A DNA stretch of 64,000 nucleotides from Mobula hypostoma. Its lineage: Eukaryota. A program made the translations under genes and the position numbers. Within the stretch, counting starts at the first letter, position 1, and every line of letters starts with the position of its first letter. The stretch spans positions 2,234,001 to 2,298,000 of the forward strand of contig NC_086109.1 in NCBI RefSeq assembly GCF_963921235.1. Reading direction: 5' to 3'. Under the pieces are notes generated by a model. It was not told the DNA's origin and did no database searches. It worked only from the letters and a program-made list of their open reading frames with translations. This document shows positions 53,538 through 64,000 of the stretch, piece by piece.

Positions 53538-53607
53538 CAGGAATACCGACTGCTGCAAGTACAGGGTAGTAAATTCTCACAACGTAGTAAATTGGTGGAT
53601 ATTCCAT
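53538..53607 (-). pseudogene. GPCR gene 4, exon 1 (MEYPPIYYVVRIYYPVLAAVGIP)
   Basis: ATG at 53607, 70 nt, donor G|GTAAG; very similar to exon 1 of gene 2. Confidence 0.88.
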
Positions 53608-54594
53608 TTTCTCCTGAAGCAGCGAGGAGTTGTCCGAAATGTCCCAACTGCACCAATTTATTAACGTAAAGAGTCAACATCCAACGGGGGGTAGGTCCAT
53701 TAATCTAATTAGTTGCCTACTCGATCAAATTAGCCTCAAACCACTGAACAAACACTTTAGATGTGCGACTTGCGTTCATCATTTCATTTGGTAATATATT
53801 GAACTCTTCGGAGGATTTGCAAACAATGTTTTGATGTTGATTGGGCAGATTTTCGAAAGATCCGCTTTCAGATTGTGTTGCGCCACGAATATAAAGCAGC
53901 ACAAACAATTCTTTGGGACGTTAGATTCTCTTTCTCGTATTTTCCCTTCAAACACAAGCAAGTTACACCTCTGATGGCATCCACAGGACGGTCAAACAAA
54001 ATCAGCTTGGTTCCTGAGGGAAACGAAGACCGAAGAGTACTCAAAGGCGATTGGTTAGCTCCATCCTTACTTTCCGCGAAGGTTCAATTCTGGAAACAAC
54101 AGCCAGTGGCGAAGCAAATACAAATGACAACATTCACTGCATCCAGTTTCACATCATTTACTCGGCAGGTCCAAATCAGTTTCAACATACCCAGCCAGAA
54201 GGCCGGCGGCAGTTTGTACATGGAATGGCAACCATACTGCAATCACCCGAGTGGAGTATGAGGTTTTCCCAAGTGGTTGCCTATTGATGGGATCCACGTA
54301 TTCTGGCAGTTGTGCCTCGTTTTTCAGTCTCCCCATTCCCAGCTGTCACTTGTTCTCTACGGCAGAGCGAAGGGCATTCACATGCAATACTGCTCCCCGA
54401 TGAACAGATTTCCATAAGACCATAAGATACGCATAGGAGTAGAATTAGGCCATCTGCCCAATCGTGTGTGCTCCGCCATTTCATCATGGCTGGTCCAATT
54501 TTTCTCTCCGCCTTAATCTCCTGCCTTCGTGCCCTGACCAATCAAAAATCTATCAATTCCCTTTACAATTCGCCTACCGACACAACCGATAGAC

Positions 54595-55740
54595 AGATGA
54601 CTTAATAGCCACTGCGCTACATGCCGTCCTTACACATCTGGAGAAGAAGAATGCATATGTGAGAATGCTTTTCTTGGACCTACAGTTCAGTATTCAACAC
54701 TATAGTTCCATCCAGGCTTGACGAGAAGCTCAGAGACCTCTGCGTTGACGCTTCCTTGTGCAGCTGGATCCTGGACTTCCTGTTAGATCGCTAGCACGAG
54801 TGGGTACGCTCCCCTCCAACCCTCTGACTCTCAATACAGGAGCCCCTCGGTGCTGCGTACTGAGTCCCCTCCTTTACTCCCTGTATACCCATGACTGTAT
54901 CGACACCCGCAGCTCCAATCTACAAGTAAATTTGCCGACGACACTACAGTATATTGATTGGCCTCATCTCAAACAATAACGAGGTCGCCTACAAGGAAGC
55001 AGTAATCTCTCTGACACAGTGGTGTCAAGAAAACAACCTCTCCCTCAATGTCGTAAAGTTAAAGGAGCTGGTTGTGGACTACAGGAGGAATAGAGACAGG
55101 CTAACCCCTGTTGGCATCAATGGATCTGGGGTTGAGAGGGTAAACGGCTTTATGTTCCTCAGCATCCACATCACCGAGGACCTCACGTGGTCTGTATACA
55201 CTACCTGTGTATACAGACGGTTGCGCAAATTTGGTATGGACCCCCAAATCCTAAGAACTTTCTACAGGGGCACAATTGAGAGAATCCTGACTGGCTGCAT
55301 CACTGCCTGGTATGGGAACTGTACCTTCCTTAATGGCAGGACTCTGCAGAGAATGGTGCGGACAGTCCAGCGCATCTGTAGTTGTGAACTCCCCATGATT
55401 CAGGACGTTTACAAGGACAGATGTGTAAAAAGGGCCCGTAGGATCATTGGGGACCCATGCAATCCCAACCACAATCTATTCCAACTGCTACCATCCGGGA
55501 AGCGGTACCGCAGCATAAAAGCCAGGACCAACAGTCTCCGGGACAGCTTCTTCCACCAGGCCATCAGACTGATGAACTCTCGCTGACTTACGTGTTCTCT
55601 GTATTACATTGACTATTCTATTTATTAGAAATTATTATAAATTACTATGAAAACATTTCATATTTAGATGGAGACGTAACGTAAAATCTTTACTCCTCAT
55701 ATATGTGAAGAATGTAAGAAATAAAGTCAATAAAATTCAA
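54595..55740 (+). mobile_element. Rex1/Babar LINE RT C-terminal half and 3' UTR
   Basis: AYVRMLF, TGAPRCCVLSPLLYSLYTHDC, KFADD, FYRGTIERILTGCITAWYG and LRDSFFHQAIRLMN; AATAAAGTCAA tail. Confidence 0.88.
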
Positions 55741-58700
55741 ATCAGCCCCTGCTTTAAATATAAATTAAAGTGTGGCCTCCTCTGCTGCATGTGGCAAAGA
55801 ATTCTACAGATTCTACATTTTCTGGCTAAAGAAATTTCCCCTCCTCCTCCGTTCGAAAAGGACATCCGTCCATTCTGAAGCTGTGTCTCTGGTCTGAGAC
55901 GGTCCGATCACTGGAGGGGCCTCTCCACATCCATTCGATGAAGGCCTTTTACATTTACATCAGTTTCAATAAGTTCTCAAACTTCCATTAATGCCCCACC
56001 TCCCCCTCGTACCCCATCCGTCATTTATTTATATACACACATTCTTTTTCTCTCTCTCCTTTTTTCTCCCTCAGTCCCTGTCACTATACCCCTTGCCCAT
56101 CCTTTGGGTCCCGCCCCCCCACTTCTCTTTCTCCCTAGGCCTCCTGTCCCATGATTCTCTCATGTCCCTTTTGCCAATCAACTGTCCAGCTCTTGGCTCC
56201 ATCCCTCCCCTCCTGTCTTCTCCTATCATTTCGGATTTCTCCCTCCCCCTCCTACTTTCAAATCCCTTAACAAGCTCTTCTTTCAGTTAGTCCTGACGAA
56301 GGGTCTCGGCCCGAACGCCGACTGTACCTCTTCCTAGAGATGCTGCCTGGCCTACTGCATTCACCAGCAACTTTGATGTGTGTTGCTTGAAATACCATCA
56401 TCTGCAGATTTCCTCGTGTTTGCGTCAATGAGGTCATCCCTCATTCTTCTGAATTGTGGTGAATACAGGACCAGAGCCATCAAACGCTCTTCAAATGTTA
56501 AGCCATTCAACCCTGGAATAATTTCGTGAACCCTCTTTGAACAGTATCCAGTTTCAGCAAATCCTTTCTAAGGTAAGGGGCCAACACCTGATCACAATAC
56601 TCCAAATGAGGCCTCCACTGTGATTTCTAAAGTCTCAACATAACATGCTTGCTTATATATTCTAGTCCTCTTGAAATCAATGCTAACAGCGCATTCACCA
56701 TGAACACATTTTCCTTCCTCACTATAGATTCAGCCTGCAAGGTGAACCTTCAGGGATTCCTGCACGACTCTCAAGTCCCCTTGTGCCTCAGTTTTCTGTA
56801 TTTTCTCTTCATTTTGATCATTTCACTTCCTCTACCGAAATGCATGACCATACACTTTCCGACACTGCATTCCATCTGCCACTTCTTTGTCCATTCTCAT
56901 AAGCTGTCTATCCTTCTGTAGCCTCCGTACTTAGCCACTGGAGAGGAGCCACGGGCAGCCAACGAGAAAAGGCTTCCTTCCTTCCCATTTTTCGCTTATC
57001 CCGCTTGTTATTTCTTCAAAGAATTTCAATAAATATATCAGGCAAGGTTTTCCCTTGAAGAAACCATCCTGTGTCTTTTATCATGTATTTCCAAGGACAC
57101 CAAAACCGCATCCTTAACAATAGACTCCAGAATCTTCTCAACCACTGACGTGAGTCTAACTGACCTGTAGTTTCCCTTTTTCTGCCTCTCTCCCTTCTTG
57201 AAGAGCGTAGTGACATTTGCAATTCTCCTGTCTTCCAGAACCATTTCAGAATGTAGTGAATCTTGAAAAATGATTACTAATGCCTCCGCAGTCTATTCGG
57301 CCACCGCTTTCAGAACCCTGGGGTGTGCATTACCTGACTCAGGTGATTTATCTACCTTCACACCTTTCAGTTTTCCAAGAAGTTTCTCCTTAGTAATGAT
57401 AACTTCACACACTTATGACCCCTGATACCCGGAGCTTTCACCACATTCCTCGTGTCTTCCACAGTGAAATTTGATGCAAAATGTATTTTTTTCCTCAGTT
57501 TGTCCGCCAGTTCTTTGCCCTCCGATACAATCTCGCCAGCATCGTTTTTCAATGGTTCGATATGCACTTTCGCCACTTTTTTTAGACAACGTATTTGAAG
57601 AAGCTTTTCTTATCTTCTTTACTGGCTAGCTTACTTGGTTATATTTTTATCCTCTTAATGGCATTTTAGTTGCCTTCTGTTGGTTCTTAAAAGCTTCCCA
57701 ATCGTCTAACTTCAAATTAATATTTGCTCTATTATATGCCCTCTCTTGGGCTTTCTTGTTGGGTTTGCCCTCTTCTCTTTGCCAGGGTAGTGTCAGATTG
57801 CCTTTGCAACACTTGAGGACGAAGATATCATGTGCCTTCTCAATTGGTCCCAAAAGTTCCAATCTTCGCTGCTCTGCTGGCATCCCTGCCAGTGTTCTTT
57901 GTAATCAATTCTGGCCAACTCCTCTCTCACACGTTTGTAATTCCCTTTACCTTCAGCTTTCTAATCAATTATGATGCATTGCAGAACACCCAATCTAGAA
58001 TTGCTGGGATTAACCACGATCTCCTCTAAAAAGCCATTTCGTAGGTACTCTAGAAAATTCATCCTCTTTGTAATCCAGCATCAACTTGATTTTCCCAATC
58101 TGCGTACATTTTGAAATCCCCCATGACAATGGTAACATTGTCCTTTTGGCTTGCATTCTCTATCCACCGTTGTAATTTGGCTTGTATTTTCTGTCCATCG
58201 GGGACTTTGAGACTTTATTTACTGTGCCCATGGTTTGTTCTTCATCAAATTATGGTACTGCTTTGCACTGCTGTACCTATATGTTATAATTATGTGGTTC
58301 TGTCAGTGTTAGTTTTTGGTTTGTCCTGTTTTCTGTGATATCACTTCGGAGAAACATTGTATCATTTGTTAATGCATGTATGCATTTCTAAACAACAATA
58401 AAAGAGGACTGAATGTTCTGATAATCTAATTTGTAGATCACATCCTTACTACTGTCTGGGGGTCTGTTTACAAATTCCTTGCAGTTCCGTTGTTCTATTC
58501 ACTATGATTTAACACCTTCTGACCCTATGACGCCGCTCTCTAATGATATAATTTTTTTTTGCCAGCAGATAAACATGCCCCCCTCTATCTTCTGGCCTGT
58601 CCTTTCGATACAATGTGTATCCTTGGACATTCAGCTCCGAACTGTAATCTTCTTTCAGCCATGATTCAGTGATATCTACAACGTCATGAAAGCTAATTTT

Positions 58701-59125
58701 CAACCGTGCCACAAATTCATCTACCTGATACCGTATACTATGCACATTCAAATGTAACACTTTCAGTCCTTGTTGGGAAATACCCGGTCCCTGTCACCCG
58801 GGAGGTAACATATCATCTTGTATTCCCGAACCTCCTGCTCGTTCTCCTAACTGATGAATCCCCTATCACCACATAATCGTTTTTTACATTTGCAATTTCT
58901 TAAATCCACCTACAAAGATTCAACAATTTCTGACCCTATGTCATCTCTTTCTATAGGTGTAATTCCATCTGTGACCAACAGAGCCACACCACCGCCTATG
59001 CCTTTCTGTCTGTCATTTCGATATAAATTATATCCTTTGATGTACAATGGCTTTCTTTCAGCTACAACTCAGTGATGCTCACAACGTCATGCTGACCAAT
59101 CTCTAACTGCGCCACGCGTTCATCC
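55740..59125 (-). mobile_element. Degenerate CR1 fragments interrupted by a Penelope 3' piece (about 55980-56425, +) and a SINE-like 3' piece (about 58200-58430, +)
   Basis: NYRSVRLTSVVEKILE, ITESWLKEDYSSELNVQGY and related CR1 motifs; hammerhead-like CTGACGAAGGG at 56293. Confidence 0.7.
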
Positions 59126-60878
59126 ACCCCTCATCTGCCATTTGCTTATCTTACTACTACTAGACATACTTGTACAGGATCATCACAGACTTTCATCCTC
59201 CAACGTCAAGACCTCATTCTTGCTGTAAGTAACTGCTCAGGTACATAGCGAATTCCTTCTAACAGTGGCCTATGACTGTTCTCACTGATCGACCCAGTTC
59301 TTGGTTTTCTGACACTTTAACATCTTTAAAATTGCTCGAAATATACGCTGCGTCCTGTGTATAGCATCTTCCAGAGTTCTGGGTTCACCGGTGCTTCCAA
59401 ACACAAACTACATCAATATTGTACAAAATATCCAGACACATTTTTGACACAAACGTTGTCTCCCATCGTCCTGCAGCTCCGATGACATTATTTTCGCGAA
59501 CACCTAAGAACATGCATTATGCTTTATCGTCAGCCTAATGACTATTGTTTCCAGGTATGGAAAGAAGAAGAATAGGTCTGGTCCTCGAGTTGAAATTCTA
59601 GATTGCAAACTGTTCAATTTTGATGGTAGCAATAAGGACCTAACAAGTGCGGATTGGGATTGGTTGATTAGCGGCGGGAAGAGAAGGCCTTGACATGTGG
59701 AATTCTGAGAGTATGGAGTTTGTATGCTGCAAGGCTACCAGTTATAGGGAATCTTGGTTGTATCAAGAGGCATTGAGGCATCGGTTAAGGAAAAACGGTG
59801 GTACATAGTAGGTTTTACAGCAAAAAGAAATAAAGTAGTTGTGGAGTATAGGAAATGGAGAACACTTAAGAGGGAAATTACGATGGCTAAAAGAAAGTAG
59901 GAGTTGACCCCAGCAAAGAGTAATGAGTGCTTCAACAAATGTATTAAAGGGAAACGAGAACAATCTACAAAGTTGATCCTCTTAAAGATAAAGTTAAATA
60001 GCCTCCTAATAGAAAGCCTAGCGGAATCCTTTTTCTACACGCGATAATATAATGAATGATACTGCCGAGTTTGCCCACATGCGGCAATCCAAACGGCCAC
60101 GGAGCCCGTGTAGTGAATAATAGAAGAATTATATCATTGTGCATTAGCATGTTATTCTACGAGTGAGTAGGCTAAAACTGCGTCATCTACTTCAAGTCTG
60201 TTTGCACAAAGGACCTGTATGTTTCAATAAGATATATTTTCCCCCGTACTCAAATCTAGCTGGAACCAAGACTGCTATGTAGTTTGCCTTCCCAATTACA
60301 AGTTGTACCTACTGATACCCCTTCATTAACTGCATTCATCGGTCTCTCAACTTGGGCATTGCATCATCACGCAACACGCAATAAAAGTACACCGTTATTT
60401 GACGTTGAAAAAGTGGAGATCTGCACATTTTTACACTGTCTCGAATATTCCATATTGTGTGCATTCTCTTTATATCCACTTGAGCCTATTTCATCCCCTT
60501 CGTTGCTCAACACTGCTCTACAAATTTTCACGATCAGCAAATACAGGTGACGCTCACCCGTCAGCACGGTGTTGGCATAATCCTCGGAAATCTGAAACAG
60601 AGATGGATTCATTTCATTCTCCTCAAGTAACGTTTCAGTTGGGCTTAGTCATTCAATCCAAAAATAAAACTCATCGGCTTTTCTCCGTTTATTCACCGCA
60701 AATCTCTGCCCTTCAACTAATTCACTGACAATGTTCTATTTATCTCGAAGTTAAATGACCACAAACAAGCAACTGTTCAGACATTAACTTCAGCGGCCGC
60801 ACTGATAATGTTACTGTTTATCCAGGATTTGTTTATGCAACGTCGGTGTATCCTAATACCCAAATTTACGCATCTTTG

Positions 60879-61350
60879 TGTAAGGGGGTTTCGTCTTTTA
60901 TGTTACTGTGTAGGCTAATTAAAATGGCTTCTTTGTTATGTTATACTTAGGAATGCTTCTTTGTTATGTTAAACTCTGAGAAAGTCCTTCCCGCTAGCAG
61001 TTTGTTTTGTGTTATCTAATGATACGAGGACGAATGAACCAATTGGGATAGTTGTTATGTTTTTGGTGTATTTAAAGATACTGTATGCGGGGGGTTTTGG
61101 GGCAGAAGGCGGGAGAGAGAGACAGAGAATGGACCAGGTGCTGTGAGTCCGCTAACGGGGTCGGACCCCGAACGGGACGTTCGGCGAGGAGACGGAGACG
61201 GAGACGGACTCGTATGGAGCGTCTGGTCGACCACCGTTGTTGGTCCCAGGATGCCGTCGAGGTGGTCCGAGGGGTCCCAGGGTGAAGAAGAAGGGTCCCG
61301 AGCTCCAACTGTTTATGCACGAGGAGATTGAACGTTGATAAGTGTGGCGC
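60879..61350. mobile_element. Truncated LTR of family B
   Basis: Collinear with 12579-13070 from TGTAAGGGG to GATAAGTGTGGCGC, then similarity ends. Confidence 0.75.
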
Positions 61351-61814
61351 GTTCAAAGGTCATCATCTGACTGTTACCAATTATTTTTTCTGAAGAGGGG
61401 TAGGTACAAGTTATCGCTTCTTGTTTCACAGACCGGATATCAATTTTGGTCAGACCCGATCCATACCTTTAGCCGATCATCATTGTTCCATCTCTCCCAA
61501 TACCAAAATAGCGATTGCGGTTGCAAAGTCTGATGCTCGAGGGAGTCCCAGATACGTTGCTATTTCCCATTTTGCTTATGGCATTTTCTCCGATACATCT
61601 GGCTGTACGAGGAGTATTTCAGTTTATTAGACACGAGGACGAGTATAAACATCCTGCCCCTCGTTTGTAAGTTCCTGAGTGATCTCTATTACCGGTCTTT
61701 TTTAATTTGCGCCACAGCGCAGAAATATTTATGCCACTAGGGTGCTTTAATCGTCTTTACAATGCTCACTTTTCTCTATTGGACAGAAATTCAAAGCATA
61801 GCTTTAAGAAGAAA

Positions 61815-62059
61815 CGCAAACACGAGGAAATCTGCAGATGCTGGAATTTCAAGCCACACACATAAAAGTTGCTATTGAACGCAGCAGGCCAGGAAAGAAG
61901 AGCTAGTAAGAGATTCAAATCTTCAAAGAGATTTGAATCCCTTACTAGCTCTTCTTTCAGTTAGTCCTGACGAAGAGTCACGGCCCAAAACGTCGACTGT
62001 ACTTCTTTCCAGAGATGCTGCCTGTCCTGCTGCGTTCACCAGCAACTTTTATGTGTGTT
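61815..62059. mobile_element. Fold-back mini-Penelope insertion with 14-bp flanking duplication
   Basis: GCTTTAAGAAGAAA at 61801-61814 and 62060-62073; nested inverted arms; mutated hammerhead at 61963-61999. Confidence 0.75.
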
Positions 62060-62319
62060 GCTTTAAGAAGAAATGTCGTTTCAATAGAAAAAGTTTCTCC
62101 CATTTTTCGGTGTCTTGTCCTTATTGCCATTAAACAATACGAGAGGGAAGAGCAGACTGTATCGACAGCTATACAATAAACTGGCGCGGGAGCACTTGGG
62201 AGAGAGTGACAACACCTTTTAACCTTTACAATAGCCTTGGACAGTGATAAGAGCAGACCTTCCCCTTTATGAATTTAAAGAAATCTTTGATAATGAACTC
62301 ATGATGTTCAGACCGAATT

Positions 62320-62600
62320 AGGTTTTTGTCACACAGGAAAGAAATTTTTTGGCCAGAGGGTGGTGAATCTATGGAATTTGTTGCCACGGGCAGCAGTGGA
62401 GGCCAAGTAATTGGGTGCATTTAAGGCAGAGATTGATAGATATCTGAGTAGTCAGGGCATCAAAGGCTATGGTGAGAAGGCGGGGGAGTGGGACTAAATG
62501 GGAGAATGGATCAGCTCATGATAAAATGGCGGAGCAGACTCGATGGGCCGAATGGCCGACTTCTGCTCCTTTGTCTTATGGTCTTATGGTCTTATGATGA
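62320..62600 (+). mobile_element. CR1 3' end
   Basis: CAGAGGGTGGTGAATCTATGGAAT region and (TCTTATGG)n tail. Confidence 0.8.
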
Positions 62601-62988
62601 TCTCACGCGGACGGTAAACCTCCAGCGCCGCCAACTTGCAGGTGCAGAATCCCGGAAGCATCCGACCACAGTCCAACTCCGAGCTCGTCCAAAAAACTCC
62701 GAGCCTCCGACCACCTATTCGACACCGAGCACCGAACACCTTCTCTGCGCAGCGCTTCAACCCCGGCAAAGCCAAGGATTCGGGGCCTTCGGCTTCGGAG
62801 ATTTTCGATCGCACAGTAACAGCGGCAGCGAAGCAGGCATTTCAGAAGTTACTCCAAATGTTCCTCTGCGCTTCTCACGGCTGTCTCCATCAAATCCGGA
62901 TTGTGCACGGCCTCGAGTTTCACATATCGATATCCATTCGGAACGGCCGCGCGCGCTGCGTCGCGCCGCCATCTTCTCCTCCCTCCCT
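62600..62988 (-). mobile_element. 5' part of the SINE-like retroposon
   Basis: Collinear with 28480-28909. Confidence 0.7.
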
Positions 62989-62999
62989 TAAAACTCTAA

Positions 63000-63630
63000 G
63001 TGCACCTTAAAACTTTAAGTGCAAGTTAAAAAGAATTGATCCCAAAGCAGACCCCTGTAGAACATATTTGTCAACGACAGCCAGCAAGAAAAGGGTCTCT
63101 TTATTCGCACTCTTTGTCTCTTGCAGATCAGCCAATGCTTTGTCCATGCTAGAATCTTTCCTATTATACTGTGGACTTGCAACGTGTTAAGCAGCCTTGT
63201 CAAAGACCTTCTGAAAGACCAACTACACAACATCAACCGAATCTCCTTTGTCTAACATTGCTGTTTCTTCAAAAATTTGTCAGGGAAGATTTCCTTGAGG
63301 AAACCATGCTGATTACGACCTATCTTATCACGTGCCTCCAAGTACCCTGAGACCTCATCCTTAATAATCCACTCCAACATCCTCCCTACCACTGAGGTAC
63401 GAGTAACTGACCGAAAGTTTCCTTTCTTCTGCCTTCCCCCTTCTTGAAGATTGCAGTGACATTTGCAATTTTTCAGTTTTTACAAAATCTAGTGATTCTT
63501 GGACGGTCATTAGTAATGCCTCCAGAATCTCTTCAGCCACCTCTTTCAGAACTCTGGGGTGTTCACCTCCTGACCCAGGTGACCTATCAGTTCCTCAAGA
63601 ACCGTCTTTCTAGTTCATTGCCTAGTAACG
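63000..63630 (-). mobile_element. Degenerate CR1 RT fragment
   Basis: HSIIGKILAWTKHWLICKRQRV; QHGFLKE-like motif on the minus strand. Confidence 0.7.
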
Positions 63631-64000
63631 AGCAGACCTTAGTTAATTTCACCTTACGTGAATGTGCTCGCCCCGCTGGCACTGAGTAATTAATACCAAG
63701 GCAACATTTTGGTTGGATTGCCTGTTGTGTTATCTGTGTAATTCCATTCGCACCATTGCAGCAGTTATGTTGGGTAACGTAATGGAATATGTTTACCAAG
63801 ATTCTGTCCAGAATAGTGGGTATTATCTACAAGGAGAATCTGGATGAACTTGTTTGATTTCTCTTCCCTTCGAAGAGGGAAGCTAATAGAAACTTATAAA
63901 ACGATGAGAGTCATAGATAAGTTAGACTGCCCACAATTTTCTTCTCTGGATAAAATTGTAATATAGTAGAGAACATAAGGTGAGAGACGTGTAAGTTTGA

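Noticed and set aside
5204..53607. Assigning the receptors to OR, TAAR or V1R families, or giving them the symbol GPR139
   Set aside because: They lack OR motifs (MAYDRYVAIC, PMLNPFIY) and the TAAR fingerprint. They are multiple divergent paralogues, so one-to-one orthology with GPR139 cannot be claimed without a tree.
53875..54340. 128-aa and overlapping short ORFs upstream of gene 4
   Set aside because: No recognisable homology or convincing splice structure.

Overview
Eukaryotic, repeat-dense vertebrate DNA. The repeat mix (CR1, Rex-Babar and RTE LINEs, Penelope elements, solo LTRs) and the gene family suggest a cartilaginous fish, probably a ray or skate (inference). The only host genes I can support are four tandem, minus-strand, two-exon class A GPCR genes of a GPR139/GPR142-like family. 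Each has a 67-70 nt first coding exon ending G(I/F/V)P|GTAAG and a large second exon starting VNL; three of the four first exons are missed by the ORF track. Only one gene (22461-25954) is fully intact. One has lost its C-tail to a CR1 insertion, one carries a 1-nt frameshift, and one is split by a young CR1 copy, the birth-and-death pattern typical of chemoreceptor arrays. Most of the rest is nested retroelements. These include a decayed endogenous retrovirus env + polypurine tract + 3' LTR, Penelope elements with minimal hammerhead ribozyme motifs, solo LTRs with exact target-site duplications, and a non-autonomous retroposon with a conserved 3' hairpin.
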